NCBI GenBank assembly: GCA_030141605.1
Contig: JAQGDQ010000179.1
Span: 1 to 64,000, forward strand
Length of the DNA stretch: 64,000 nucleotides
Direction: 5' to 3'
Source of the DNA: Tubiluchus corallicola
Lineage: Eukaryota > Animalia > Priapulida
Shown piece by piece: positions 39,301 to 51,470 of this stretch. Positions within the stretch are counted from its first letter, which is position 1, and every line of letters starts with the position of its first letter. The notes under the pieces were generated by a model. The model saw only the letters and a list, made by a program, of their open reading frames with translations, had not been told where the DNA came from and made no database searches. The position numbers and the translations under genes are program-made.

Positions 39301-40448
39301 TAAACAATAACGTTACTCTTTTGTTTGGTTTGTTAGCTGGTTGTCCTTTTACGTGCATCCGCGGTGGAATTTCTAATAAACTGAAGAATGGCTTTGGGGC
39401 AGTTTCACGCCATTTTGAGGAAAATGCGCTGTTGAAAACACGCATCTCTCGACCTGCTGCATCACAAATCAAAGTGCAAAGGTTACTTCAATGTCCCCAT
39501 TCTTTATTATCTAATCCTTTTGCGCAGTTTTGTAGTATTCTTGATGTTTAACCCTAAAGTTAATGTGAACTAGCAATGGAATGTCTTTGCTAAATCATAT
39601 AAAAACACAAAAGGAATACTAAATTAGAAAGTTGGAAAAATTTGGCGCTCCACTAGGACTCGAATCCAAAACCTGGTTTGCGGGCAGCTATGCACAGAGT
39701 CACTCGGTTTTTTAAACTCAGGAATTTGTCTTCAAAAGAACCCTTTTCAAGCGTGGATCTTCATGCGTGTATTCAGAGTTTCACTTTTTATTATCAGATA
39801 TTCGTTTTTTCGCTTAATATCTATAGACCTACTGGCTGCAATACGTATCATTTCAAACTAGTTAATTCACGTTTATCGTAAAACTCAAATTGTGTAGCAT
39901 CTGCGTTAACAAAATTATCTTTGCGTTTTGTTCAAAAATGTTTTATACAGGTAGGCCACCCTACTGTAATGATATACACCTGCTCATGTTTTCAAAATCT
40001 CACTGCAGATTTAATTTAATCTGCCGTTGACAAGATGATGGTATAAGCAGCTTAACCTTTGCCATGTCGAATATTTTGTGAGACGCAACAGTTATTTGAC
40101 CTGACGGCAACATAATAAATGCAATGACATGACCTTCCAAAATTGCGTTGCTACTTGAAGTCCGGCATTTACAGAAAAATCGTTCTGTGACGTGTCTGTA
40201 GGGTATTTCAAGCAAGCCTGCGCGTTTTGAAGGCGGTGGAAAGTTGATTAATTCTTATATGTTTTCCCTTGCAGTACAATTACACTGAAATTTCCTAAGC
40301 CATGTTTTCCAATTTTCAGTTATTCCAATAAATAACTGTAGATAATCTGAGTAAACAACATAGATTTTAATGCTAACTAAGTTTCGTGCCATTTCTAATG
40401 CTACACACTCCTTCAGAAAACTTTTTCTGTAAGTTTTTGATGATGATG

Positions 40449-40528
<80 letters not shown>

Positions 40529-43500
40529 AAGAAGATGATGATGATGATAATGAACAACAACAACAACAACAACAACAATAATAATAATAATAATAAAGTT
40601 TATTTTACAAAGCACACTTTCAGGTAAAATATTTTCAATGACGCTGTATAATGAAATGTCATAATTACAATTATGTAGTTGTGAAAATACCATACAATTA
40701 AAATTAATAAAAATTTTCACGCAAAACGTACAAACAAAGAAATTATAGTAAAAAGTAGATTATTACAAAAGTTTACAATAATTGGAATTATTTGTTAATA
40801 ATTTGTTAAGATATGTGACTTCATGTGTTTTTAGATAATTGTAATGTAGAGTTACAGTATTTCTAATACTTATACTTTCAATAATTCAATGATTTCAAAG
40901 GTATTGAGAAAAAGAATTCTAGTAAGTAGGAGAAAAAGTCAAGTCACCGAAAGTCTTTTCCCGACTAAAATGTACCAAAAATTGTGAAAAGATTTAGTTG
41001 CCCGTTTGTCACTACAATAGTTGCGTAAATGTACAGATGTTGTTGCATATAATTCAGTACTATTGCAGAGCATTCAAGGAACAAATTTAGATGTCAGAAT
41101 GGCAATGATGGTGACGACAATTCCGATTTTGCATTGTTATATTTTGTACGTCAAGTCACCAAATTAAAAAGTGTTAGACTCGAAATTATAGAATGCATTG
41201 CTGAATCGTATAAGCTTTCTCTAGCCTAAACGAAAAGAAAAGTCTGACTGCGTTTAAATAGCAGTGAGAATACCCGCAATAGATTATTATGTGGAAATAA
41301 TGTACCCAAAAGTAACCAATGAACAATGCTCAATTTTTGAGTCAGCTAACGATATTACCGAATAAGACGGAGAGCAATTGACGTTACAGGGCAGTGGGCG
41401 TGTCCTCGCACCTGCACATCTGAGCAAAGTTTAATGTTGATAAGTTAAAAACGTTTTGCGTTTACTGCCTTTGAGTGTAGACCCGTTAATGCCATATTAG
41501 TGAACCAATGCTCCCATTTCAAAACATTAATTTTATATAAACGAATTGCCGGAGCTAAAATTTGCATAAATCATGAGCCCTAATCGCATTTGATGACATG
41601 TTAATTATAAAGATGTGCACTATAAATCGAACTGTATTACGTCCAGTTTCTATAAGGAAAATAGTTTATTAAACACTGATTTGCAATAAAATACAGTAAA
41701 CAACTTTTCTGTGTCTAGAATCTGTGAGAAGGGCGGCGGAACCTTAGAGCAAAGAAAAGACACGTTCGTTCATGTTCAATTATGCATTAATAATCACACG
41801 CCGAAAAAGTCATTTGATATTTTATCAAAAGTATATTTTCCTACATAAAATCCGCAATTAAAATGTGATGTTATATCATAAACACTAAAAACTCCTTAGT
41901 TGAAATTTTAGTTCCAAATAAATGGATTCCATATTATTGATACGTGTACTGCTCAGTTTTCAGACAAGGCCAATCTGAGAGGAACCGAAATAGGTTCGTT
42001 CAGTTTGCGAAGTTGCTCTCAATTTGCTTATACTACTTACAAGGATTCGTAGATGAATTGAAAACATTGCAGAAATGAGTTTCATTAATTGTGCATGTGA
42101 TGGTTTATGTACCGTTACGCTGCAATATTATATTGCACAGATCTGTACTTTATAGGCGATGTCGTTGTAATTCAAGCAAACCTTTCAAAACTAATTTATT
42201 GGACTTTCAACTTGTATGATTTTCATTATCCGTCACTGACAGTAGCTTTTTGACAGCGTAATCCATTTAGTTCAACGTTCAAAACTTTTTCCCACAGCAT
42301 TCAGTGCGTTGTATTTCATTAATATTGTGAAGACGTGTTGCTTAATATCTGGGGCAGAAGCGCCGCCAATCTATTATGTCGTGATTAAAAATAATGCTGT
42401 TTATATTCTATTCAAGACCACTGGGTCTTTAACGAATCTATAATAGCTTCCAACACGCACTATTCGCATTCTGTAAAGTGAAAAACGAGAAACCGTAATC
42501 GCATAGCCTGTTTGTTTCTTTCCAAAAATTGTTAATGTAACAAGTCCATCTGTCTAAACCGGTTCTTGTAGAAGCTTTGCACTTTATATCCGCAGTTGTT
42601 ATTTTTTTAAATTAATTATTAAGTTTTTGTTTTATATTTTCGCCTGAGACATAACATCTAATAGATAGAGTACGTAGTTTGCGTTAGATACTTGGTCATG
42701 TATATGACAGTGTAGAACTGTAGATGGTAACTTTTCTACAGTATCGTTTTACAGCATTAATATGAAAGCTTCGCAATTGCTTAATCTAATTTTATAGAGT
42801 CCAATATCTATCAGCAGTTTGTCTTCATTTAGTTAGATGAGTACACTTTCTAAATTGTTGTGGAATAGGAAAGCAGAAACGTGTACAATTATTAACATTG
42901 GTTAATATCGTGATTAGATTTTTTTCATTCAATCTAAAAATTTGTAAGATTTATTGATACGGTTCGCCTGAAAATGTCAGTTAGAAACATATAAATTGTT
43001 TAATAGCAGTACATAAAGTCTAATTTCAGGATTTTATTTTATGAGCAAGCAAGTTGAGTGAATTCATATCCAAATCCGCGAGCGTAACGCCAAGACCCTT
43101 CCAATGTTTACACCTGACTACACCTGGTCGAGTGAGATTAACTTATGCCAATTCTTGTAGATACTCGTGTAATTATAATGTGCACGAGTTTTCACTTAAT
43201 TATGTCGCATTGTTACTTGAACTGGCCACGTCTACTTTTGAAAAATACTTAATTCACGGTTACACGTGCATGCAAATACATTGACTCCGGGTGTCTACCC
43301 TGCAAAAAGTTTCGTTACTCAATGTTACGCATTTTGGCTCCTATTTGGACCATTAAAAATTTCAGCCTTTTAAAACTCTAGGTACACATCTACCTGACAA
43401 TACATAAATACATGCGAAAAAAAATTAATTTAACTCGAAGTTGTAAGACGAGTTGAATCGGAAACTGATCGATGTCCAGTGTCCTTGATCCGTTGACAGA

Positions 43501-46500
43501 GGTCATCGTTCGCTGCACCACTTTCAAGGCTCTATCCTTAATGTCTACCCAGCGAGTTTCTTATCCAACCCTCTGTGTTTGCGAGTTAACATAAAATAAA
43601 GTGGATACCCTAATTTCTGCATTTTGGCTCATGTTCCGTACCCTTAACTAATCCCAGTTTTACCAACGTATGAGCCCCTACCCAGCTGTTTCCCCTGTGC
43701 GTGTCATAACTCTAGTTACTATAGTTTTCGAGTAATTCAATGTTACGCATTTGGGCTCCTATCTCGGGCCCTTAAAGAATCTCAGCTTTTTAAAATACAC
43801 ATCTACCCCACATTACTTATAAGAAAAAAATCTGAATTTATCTGAAGAGTGGAAAACTGTATGCCTAACGAAATTAATCCTGTATTGGTTCGCCTAGATC
43901 CGTCATAAAAAGTATCATAATTTTGCGTTTTTTGTCCATCTTTACATGTTGAAAGGACTACTTCGTTTCTGCTACTCACAACAGGTAACATAATTTTTTA
44001 TGACTTTACCAAATAATTAAGGAAACAGTTGGTTCAAGGTGTCCCACTGTGCGTTAACACTTATTGTTGAGAAAAAGAATATTTTGACATGTGGCTTTTT
44101 GTTGATGAGGTTAATTTTGGTGTAAATCAAAATCAACTACCGGGATAGAGATGGCCGTTTTAAGAATACATGCACATAAAGCATATATATATATATATAT
44201 ATATATAGTTACTTGGTAAATGGCTCCTTGATTAGAAAATGCATACATAGTAACAATGAAGGCACTGTCGCCATATTGTTTTCAAGTTTTTTTCCTTAAA
44301 GAGGAAAGCTAAGTCTTAACTCGAGGTTTCACGCACTGGCAGAAGATTGATTACATTCGCTAATTACGTACTCATGTAAAGAGGTTTTAATATTAACTGT
44401 GATTTTATATTGAATTGACTTTATGCGTATTGTCGCGGTGAATTTGCGATTCTCTAAAAAATGTTGCGTCGCGTTTAAAGTTGAGGAGAGGTCACAAGCG
44501 TGACCCACTTCGACACATCAGGCTGTATGGACAGCCAGGCGACAAAACTAGACCGCTTTTACTTTGCAAAGAAATGCACCTCTGGCCAGAAATAAATCAG
44601 AGGTAATAACTTCCTAGATGTTTTACTGTTTCTGGTCATTCTGCAGCGAGTGAGACACTGTTAATTTTAAAGAGGTGTTTCATTTGAGTACTGTATGTCA
44701 GTTTGCGTATTGGAAAAGCGAATAAACAAAAAAGAAACAATAAACAAAAGTTCTTAAACTGAAAATGCTACAACTCGAAGAAATTGTAAAAGCAGCAGCA
44801 GTAAGAATCTGCATGTACATTATTCTTAACAACTTCGAAAAGATTTTCACTTGACTGTTTTTAATTAAAAAGCCCATGAACAAATCACTGAACGAAAAAC
44901 ACTAGTAAATTGCACACCAGACAAATAATTCCTGTTTGCAAGACATTTCTTTTAAGGCAATATAAGAGCGTGGTCTACGTTCGATCGCAGCTTAGACATG
45001 CCTTTTATTACCCAAACAGTTTAGCAAATAATAATAACAGGCTTACTTGTGTAAAAGTGAATCAGGATTTTCGATATTTAAAGGAAAACCGGGCCCAATG
45101 TCAAACCATTGCTCAAAATGGTTACTGTAAAAACATTGAAAGAGAAATACTGTTTTTTAAGAATGACTTACGTGGAAGAATCACTACCACGGAAGATTAG
45201 TTTCACGTTCGCGCCGTTAGTTTTCCTTGTTACATTTATTCACCATTCGCTAGTTAGATGGACACAGTGCGGAAATGCGTTACACAAAAAACAGGCGCTG
45301 TACCCCGCAGTTCAATTTTGACAGTTCAATAGCAAAAACTTGTTTTCGATAAACCGTTCTCGTCAAATCCAGGTTGAATTAACAACCGACATATTTTGCT
45401 GTTTTAATTCGTTTATATTTGCTTTGCTAGAATTTTTTGACAGTTGATTTACAATATTGAAATAAGACGCGAAAGAATACTTGAGTGAAGTGAAGTTCTG
45501 CATCATCAATATACCAACTTCTGACAGCAAAAATTCCCAATAAAACTCAGAATGAACTTCTCTCTTAGTTAAAGCAAAAAATAGTAAGTTATAGATATAT
45601 GCTCTCATAGTGTTGAAATATGATTTTTTTTCGGTAAACTCCCCGGATATAGCGTGTCACTTTGTAAATAATGCGAAAATAAGGAAAAAGGGGAATCAGG
45701 AAAAAACACTGACGCTGAAATGTCCAGGCCAAGATCTTTAAAATTCAATAACGAGCTAAGATATATTTTCGTTCAATAACGTGCATTTACCTGCAAAAGT
45801 GATGAGCAATGAATTTGTCACTGTGCCACGATAATCAACGATTTTTTATGATCAAAAAGTGATGAAAAATTCGTTGATTATTGCGGAATATTAACATATT
45901 GAAACCATTCTGGCTATATTAAGGATATATGAAAACACTGAGTATCGCATACAGGGCAATTATTTTTCACTTATTCACAATTTGTTTTTCTTCCACGTGT
46001 TGTAGTTGCCGTCGGTTATAGGCACACCACGACACGACACCAACACTTTTCCGGCATTGCATTAATTTTAGCTAGTTGCGTTTTTTACCTTTCTTTTTTT
46101 TCTTACAAATGGCAATGACACCCCTTAGCCTAGTGCAAGGATATAGGAACCATAAATAAGTTAAGTGAAAGGCAAACGTTGAAATCGCTGTAATACTGTG
46201 AACATAATTATTAACGTTTGACTGAGGAAGACAGCGTGCCTCTGTATTATTTATTGCCGATAATTACAGACATTTAAAAATGGAGCATCGCCATCCTTTC
46301 TCTACTTTTGGTTTCGTTTTCAAAGAGAACATGCCTTATAGTCAGAGATAGTTAAGGAAGTCGTATGCTGTCTGTCATTATGGCTATTGTCTTACAATAT
46401 GCATGACAGTTTCGGGGAGGTCTTTGTCTTACTGTTTGTCTTCCGCATCAGATTTAGTTCTTTTTGAAGAAGCTACAGTGACATGGACATTTTAAGTGAC

Positions 46501-49500
46501 GTGACGTCATGCGTCATGTGATGGATCAATACTAATTACATTAACTTAGATAACTTTTGTTTCCATTTTTACCATGATAAGCCTTTTCGTGCTTAAGAAT
46601 CTTACCCCATCGAAAAACTGATAAAATAAAATAAACCAGAAAATCTATTAAAAATCTGTGCATATAAATTTGTGTACAGAAACAAAACGTCTTCCCTGCT
46701 TTCTATGTCTGTCTGCCTATGTCCATTCTTTACTGTAAAACTTTTAAGTAAATACAATAAATACTTTCGTGTTTTTGTGCGTATTTTGTTTGGTAGCTTT
46801 GCCTCGCAATTATCAGTCTAATTTTCAATAAAAGTAACAGAAAAACAGATTTTGGTGAAACCTGACTCGCTGCTGAGTGATAATATTCGATTCTGCAAAA
46901 CAAATTTCACAATTATATAACTCTTACCAGCAGTTGAAATAATTAACAGTCGGAGTAGGCCAAGCAAACTCGGAATTTTTAAATATTTTCCATCACGGGT
47001 CATCGTTCTACGTAAACTTATTTATTAGTCGTTTTCTTTCTCAGAAATTACTCTTTCAAGTACAATGTCCAATTACTGACGTATAACCGACAGGCCAAAT
47101 ATTATCCAAAGACGATGTGTATTGAAAGTGCGGCAGCAATTTTGTCTAATTGTCTGAATCGTTTAGTGTTCGACTGTAACTTCCTTTATCTAAGGTGTAA
47201 AAGCTCTAAAGATTGCTCATAAGCTCGCCTGAAATAAAGTACGCGTGATCCCGGTGTTGACTTTTGACAAATTTGATCTCTTAATTTATTTATCAAGAAC
47301 TTAGATGAGTTTGGGAGCATACATGGATCTCTTGGTCAAACGACGGCAAATAAAGACAGACATAAGATAAACTTGAGCTGGAGTCGGACCAAAAAGCATG
47401 TGGCACTCTCTTCTGTGTGCGCGGTGTGTCACTTATACAAGCTTAAAGGACTTTGTGATAGGATTTATATTGTGTAGTAATGTTGGCAGTTGAGTTTATG
47501 CATATGTACGCGACAACGGCAACGAAATCAATGGCAAAATCGTGCTGCTGCTGAAATGACAGACGTGTGACTTAACAAAACAATATCCACGCTGCTTGGT
47601 TTCTTAACTGAACACAGAGGCCAGTTGACCTGTAACAGCCACATCGTTATAAGAAAAAACACCAAAAATTAAAACAACAAAACTAAACAAAAGGCCCTAT
47701 GGCGGTTAAAAATATAGCCTTTTGTCGTCATTCTTTCAGACAAACAAGTAAATGACGCTAATGATGAAATTTTTAAGTGTAGAAATGATTATGTTCCAAA
47801 AATAAATAAATGACTAAATAAATAAATAAAATTAATAGAAAATCATGCTAATCTGAGTATTGAAACGAGAATTGTGCATTTTTTTTATCAAATAATCTGT
47901 TGTTTCCTATTGTGCTGAATGTGAAAGTAGTGGCCTATTTTTGTAGTTATTTTAAATAAATTGTCATGTCAGCCGTAAAAATGCGTTTTGCTATAACTAG
48001 CGTCAACGCTGCGCACACTACAGTCATAGGTTTTTGCGGTCAACGAATCCATCTGTTATAGTTTCCATTTGACACAGTAAAAATGACCAAAGTAGAACTC
48101 TAATATGTCAACATTCAGTTGAATGCATGTAGAGTCACCAACTAAACAAATGTTTATTTTGACATTCCTTTTTTTCAAATGTTTGTAAATTTAGTCGTCT
48201 ATGCTAGGATACATACTTATGATAGGTTTCAAACATCACATGTCAACATAATTTCGTTTAGTCTTGTACAAAATGTCTACAAAATTATGCAGTGCAGCCA
48301 ATCTTCAATTTTATATACCCAGTATCTATTTGTAGTTGCATATCTGCTCTTCTAGACTATCAACACCGGATGCTTAAAGTTAGAATTTAACGTGTTTACG
48401 AGTCTTAGAGTTAACGTTAAAGAGTTAACCGTAACTTAAAACTTGTATTAAGTATTATTAAAGTTCGCCGCTTTTTGGATCATTGGATCATTTGGGCATT
48501 GGATCATTTTGTTCTCTTCGTTTAGTTCGTGTAATTACGGAAAAGCACGGACTACTTCGTAGACTGCGCAAAAGCGCACAAGAGCCAAATCTTTAAGTAC
48601 GCCAGGTTTCCTTCTATGTAAGTTATCAAAAAAAGTTAAAAGTATTAGAAAATCTTAATTAGAGCATTTTCTATCTAATTTTCTCTAAAACTGAAACCTC
48701 ATAAAGTACGCTGTATGATTTTCATCTTTAGCTTCGGTCATGCTTAAATACACGAATTGCAGTAACAAATTAAATGCAAAGCAACACTCACCATAGTGAT
48801 TGAGCTCATTTGAGTCAGAGCAAGAGTCCCTGGACATGGGGCGAGAATCGTCTTCTGCTGGGCTGGGTGCCAAGTTATTGCAAACATCACCTACTAGGAG
48901 CAACACCCTTTCGAAGCCATGCGCGTAGCGCAGCAACACGGGTGCTATTATGGCGTTTTGGTTTATGACACCAGACTCTCTGCGCAACTGGTAGAAGTTG
49001 GTCAGTGCGTGCTTGTCCGAGTCGATGCGGGTCCTCAGATTGTTGACAAGGATTGATAATTTGGCGTTGCTAAGAACTGGACGAATTGACTCGAAAACAG
49101 TTTTGTTTTTTACCAATCTTTCGTGGACGTCCATGGGCGTCACTTGTAATAGTCGCTGATGTGACGCTTCATATGGCGGCTTGCCAGCGTGGATGGACAA
49201 AGCTTTTGATTTGGCGAGGTCCAGTGCATTAAGAGTTTGCACTGCTTCCAAGTATTTTTCTATAACAGTTTCAATTTCAGTTTTTAGTGCAGCATGAATA
49301 TCAACCAGATTCTTGTCACAAGTTAGTACTAAACCATGCATTCCCAACCCCTCCAAACTCTTATCCAGCGCTTTCTTGCGTCTCCTCAATACCTTGATCA
49401 GCTTCGGATCGACCTTGGCGATGACCGTGAGGATATTGGAGCAATAAGCGACGTCACCAGATTCCCAGTTCTTTTCCATACTTCCGTAAATGTGATCATA

Positions 49501-49974
49501 CTTCGCAAAGAACTGGATCATGTGCATGACCACCGACTCTGGTTGCATCAGGTTGAAGGGGAATTTGTCCGCACCAGCACTGGCAAACACCCTCTCGTAA
49601 AGAGCATCCAGGACGGGTAAGGTGTTGGGTATTGCTGATATGATCACATCCACGGGCAAATCGACAGCTATTGATTTTAACGTAGTTTCTGTAATCTGAC
49701 GCAATACGTGCGCTAGGTCGTCATAACGCATGTATTCTAATAGCACTAGAACTAATCGAATCACAAGCTTTGGGTTCAAGTCTTGGATGCTACATCTTTC
49801 ATTAGGCACTGAGAATACGCTCGTGTCTCCTTGTTTCCGGAATAAGTCGACGAGGTACTCCGTGAAGTAGTACTTCCGGGGTCTCCGCCGGTAACCTCGT
49901 TTGTGGCATTTCCCGATTTTGCTAATTTCCGCTTCCAGTTCGGGAATTTCGTCTATATTGCCCGTAAGTGACAT
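30306..49974 (-). CDS. Protein with a C-terminal Mieap (mitochondria-eating protein/SPATA18-type) domain and a large helical N-terminal region
   Basis: Frame-consistent exons in transcription order: 49974(ATG)-48792, 37481-37359, 36027-35915, 34149-34067, 33159-32952, 32800-32624, 31620-31445, 30414-30306 (TAA). C-terminal motifs RPTQLIRQYGNLYSQVRVEALDAL, YIEECVRIAWALSNQIP, FNPDIHQRFHTSD and YLWPALTEGENGPCVYKAIVIT match the Mieap-family domain as recalled. Acceptor at 49994/49995 and a probable 5' UTR exon ending at about 50655. Confidence 0.85.
30518..30672. repeat. Short direct duplication (about 52 bp, about 100 bp apart) in an intron
   Basis: AAACATCGCACAATC..TTTTTCCTACTATTT.CACT.ACACATC occurs at about 30519 and about 30620. 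Confidence 0.8.
36365..36570. mobile_element. Palindromic MITE-like element with a tRNA-type B box
   Basis: Left arm ACAAACCCACAGTTAA..GGATTTGAACC; right arm ..TTAATTGTGTGTTTGT. Related to 50350-50600 and 51335-51470. Confidence 0.55.
39570..39705 (-). mobile_element. tRNA-derived SINE-like element, same family as 28420-28570
   Basis: Reverse complement contains TAGCTGCCC..GGATTCGAGTCC (B-box-like)..GTGGAGCGCCAAATTTTT..AAAGACAT. Confidence 0.55.
40438..40596. repeat. Compound microsatellite (GAT)(AAT)n(GAA)n(GAT)n(CAA)n(AAT)n
   Basis: Directly visible. Confidence 0.97.
43315..43810. repeat. Dispersed direct repeats (about 70 bp), probably internal repeats of an old non-autonomous element
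   Basis: CAATGTTACGCATTT(T/G)GGCTCCTAT..TCAGC.TTTTAAAA..TACACATCTACC at about 43320 and about 43738, with a partial GCATTTTGGCTC at about 43619. Confidence 0.65.
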
Positions 49975-50349
49975 CACTTCAGTGTAGAATAAACCTGTAA
50001 GGCATACGGAATTATCTGTTAAGTATTTTAAATATACAACGAAATTGTTATTTAAAAAACATCTTTTCAGACGCGATAGACTTCTAAAATACTACTTACA
50101 GAAAATTAAAATATTATTTGGTGCTACCGTGATGCATACTAGTGGCACTGCTTAATTATGTCACTGCTTTAGGGTATTTCACTGTATATACATTATTGTC
50201 TGGTATGTAATCTTGTAAATGACTTATAATGACTGTATAATTTCGAATGTTGTTAAATTCGATAATTAAAAACCAAAAGATCTAAATTATTATTGGTGGA
50301 TATTGAAACTCGTCTTCCCTAGCGTAAAAACGAGATAAAAAGCTATGTT

Positions 50350-50600
50350 ACAATCCACAGTTAATTTAGTTTTCAAATTTTAAAAAAAGGAAATGTGAAA
50401 AAATTGAAACACAGTCTGAATTTGAACCAGGGACTGTCTGCCTGCAAATGAACAAGTCTGTCTGTCTGTCTTGTAAACAGAGGGTCCTTGGTTGAAGTCC
50501 AAGCTGCATTCCAACTTTTCCACATTACTTATTTTCAAGTTTTGTAAAAGAATTAATTAAATGAGGGTTTGTTTAAGATCATTAACAATAATCTTGACAT
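50350..50600. mobile_element. Palindromic MITE-like element with divergently oriented tRNA-type B boxes
   Basis: The roughly 100-bp arms are imperfect reverse complements. TTTGAACC (50421-50428) lies in the left arm and GGTTGAAGTCC (50490-50500) in the right arm. Confidence 0.65.
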
Positions 50601-51334
50601 TAAGATTATAACAATTAATGAGATAAAAACATATTACATAGTTACATAACTTACTTTCCAATTTTCTGGCAAGTGTCAGAGTTCAGAACACTGATTATAT
50701 CGTCGACTTTCCCATTTTACCCAAGGGTCATCTGCAAGGCTCGAATCTCCATTATACGTCGACGATCTTATCTGCTGATTTTAACTTGAGTAAAATCATC
50801 CACTCACTAGTTGAGCCGATAATCTAATTTACAGAACAATGACCAAAAAAGCACGATCTGCGAGAACAACAAGTTTATTATACGTGTCTGGTCTTAACAA
50901 TCGCATTCCTATCTCTTTCAGAGCTTTCTCTTGCTTGTTTTTACGCAAAATCGGTCATCACTGTGTGCGTTGGTCCGAAGTGTACTTCAGCTGAACACCT
51001 TACGTAAAGCAAATGAAGCATGCCGAGGTGAACTAGATCTGATAACTACAACCGTCTAGTTAACTGCTTTCTCAAACTACACTTGTAACTGTTAGTTATA
51101 ATCTGTATACGTGATCAGTTTTAGAATTAAATTCCTGAAAAAAAGCTGAAAATTTCAAGACAGTTTGTAATTATTTGATTTAAATGACAACTTGGCACGC
51201 CCCACCTTTTACACAATTTCATGGCGCATTTCAATGCCGGCACGTGTTGTTATCTATGATATTTTATAAATTTTTGCATTAAAAATCTATAAAATATTAT
51301 TTTGTTTAATGACAGTGCATTTATAGATGTAATG

Positions 51335-51470
51335 ACACAACAAACCCACAATGCATGTAGTTCTGGAACCAAACTTGAAAGATAGAAAATGTGGAACTGT
51401 CATCGTCGCTGCGGAACTCCGTAGACTGCCAATCTAAACAGGTGATCCCAGGTTTAAATCCAGGCTGTTA
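51335..51470. mobile_element. Partial copy of the same palindromic/B-box family
   Basis: ACAAACCCACA..AAACTTGAAA..AATGTGGAA arm and GGTTTAAATCCAGGCTG (compare the reverse complement of CAGCCTGGATTTGAACC at about 36457-36473). Confidence 0.45.
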
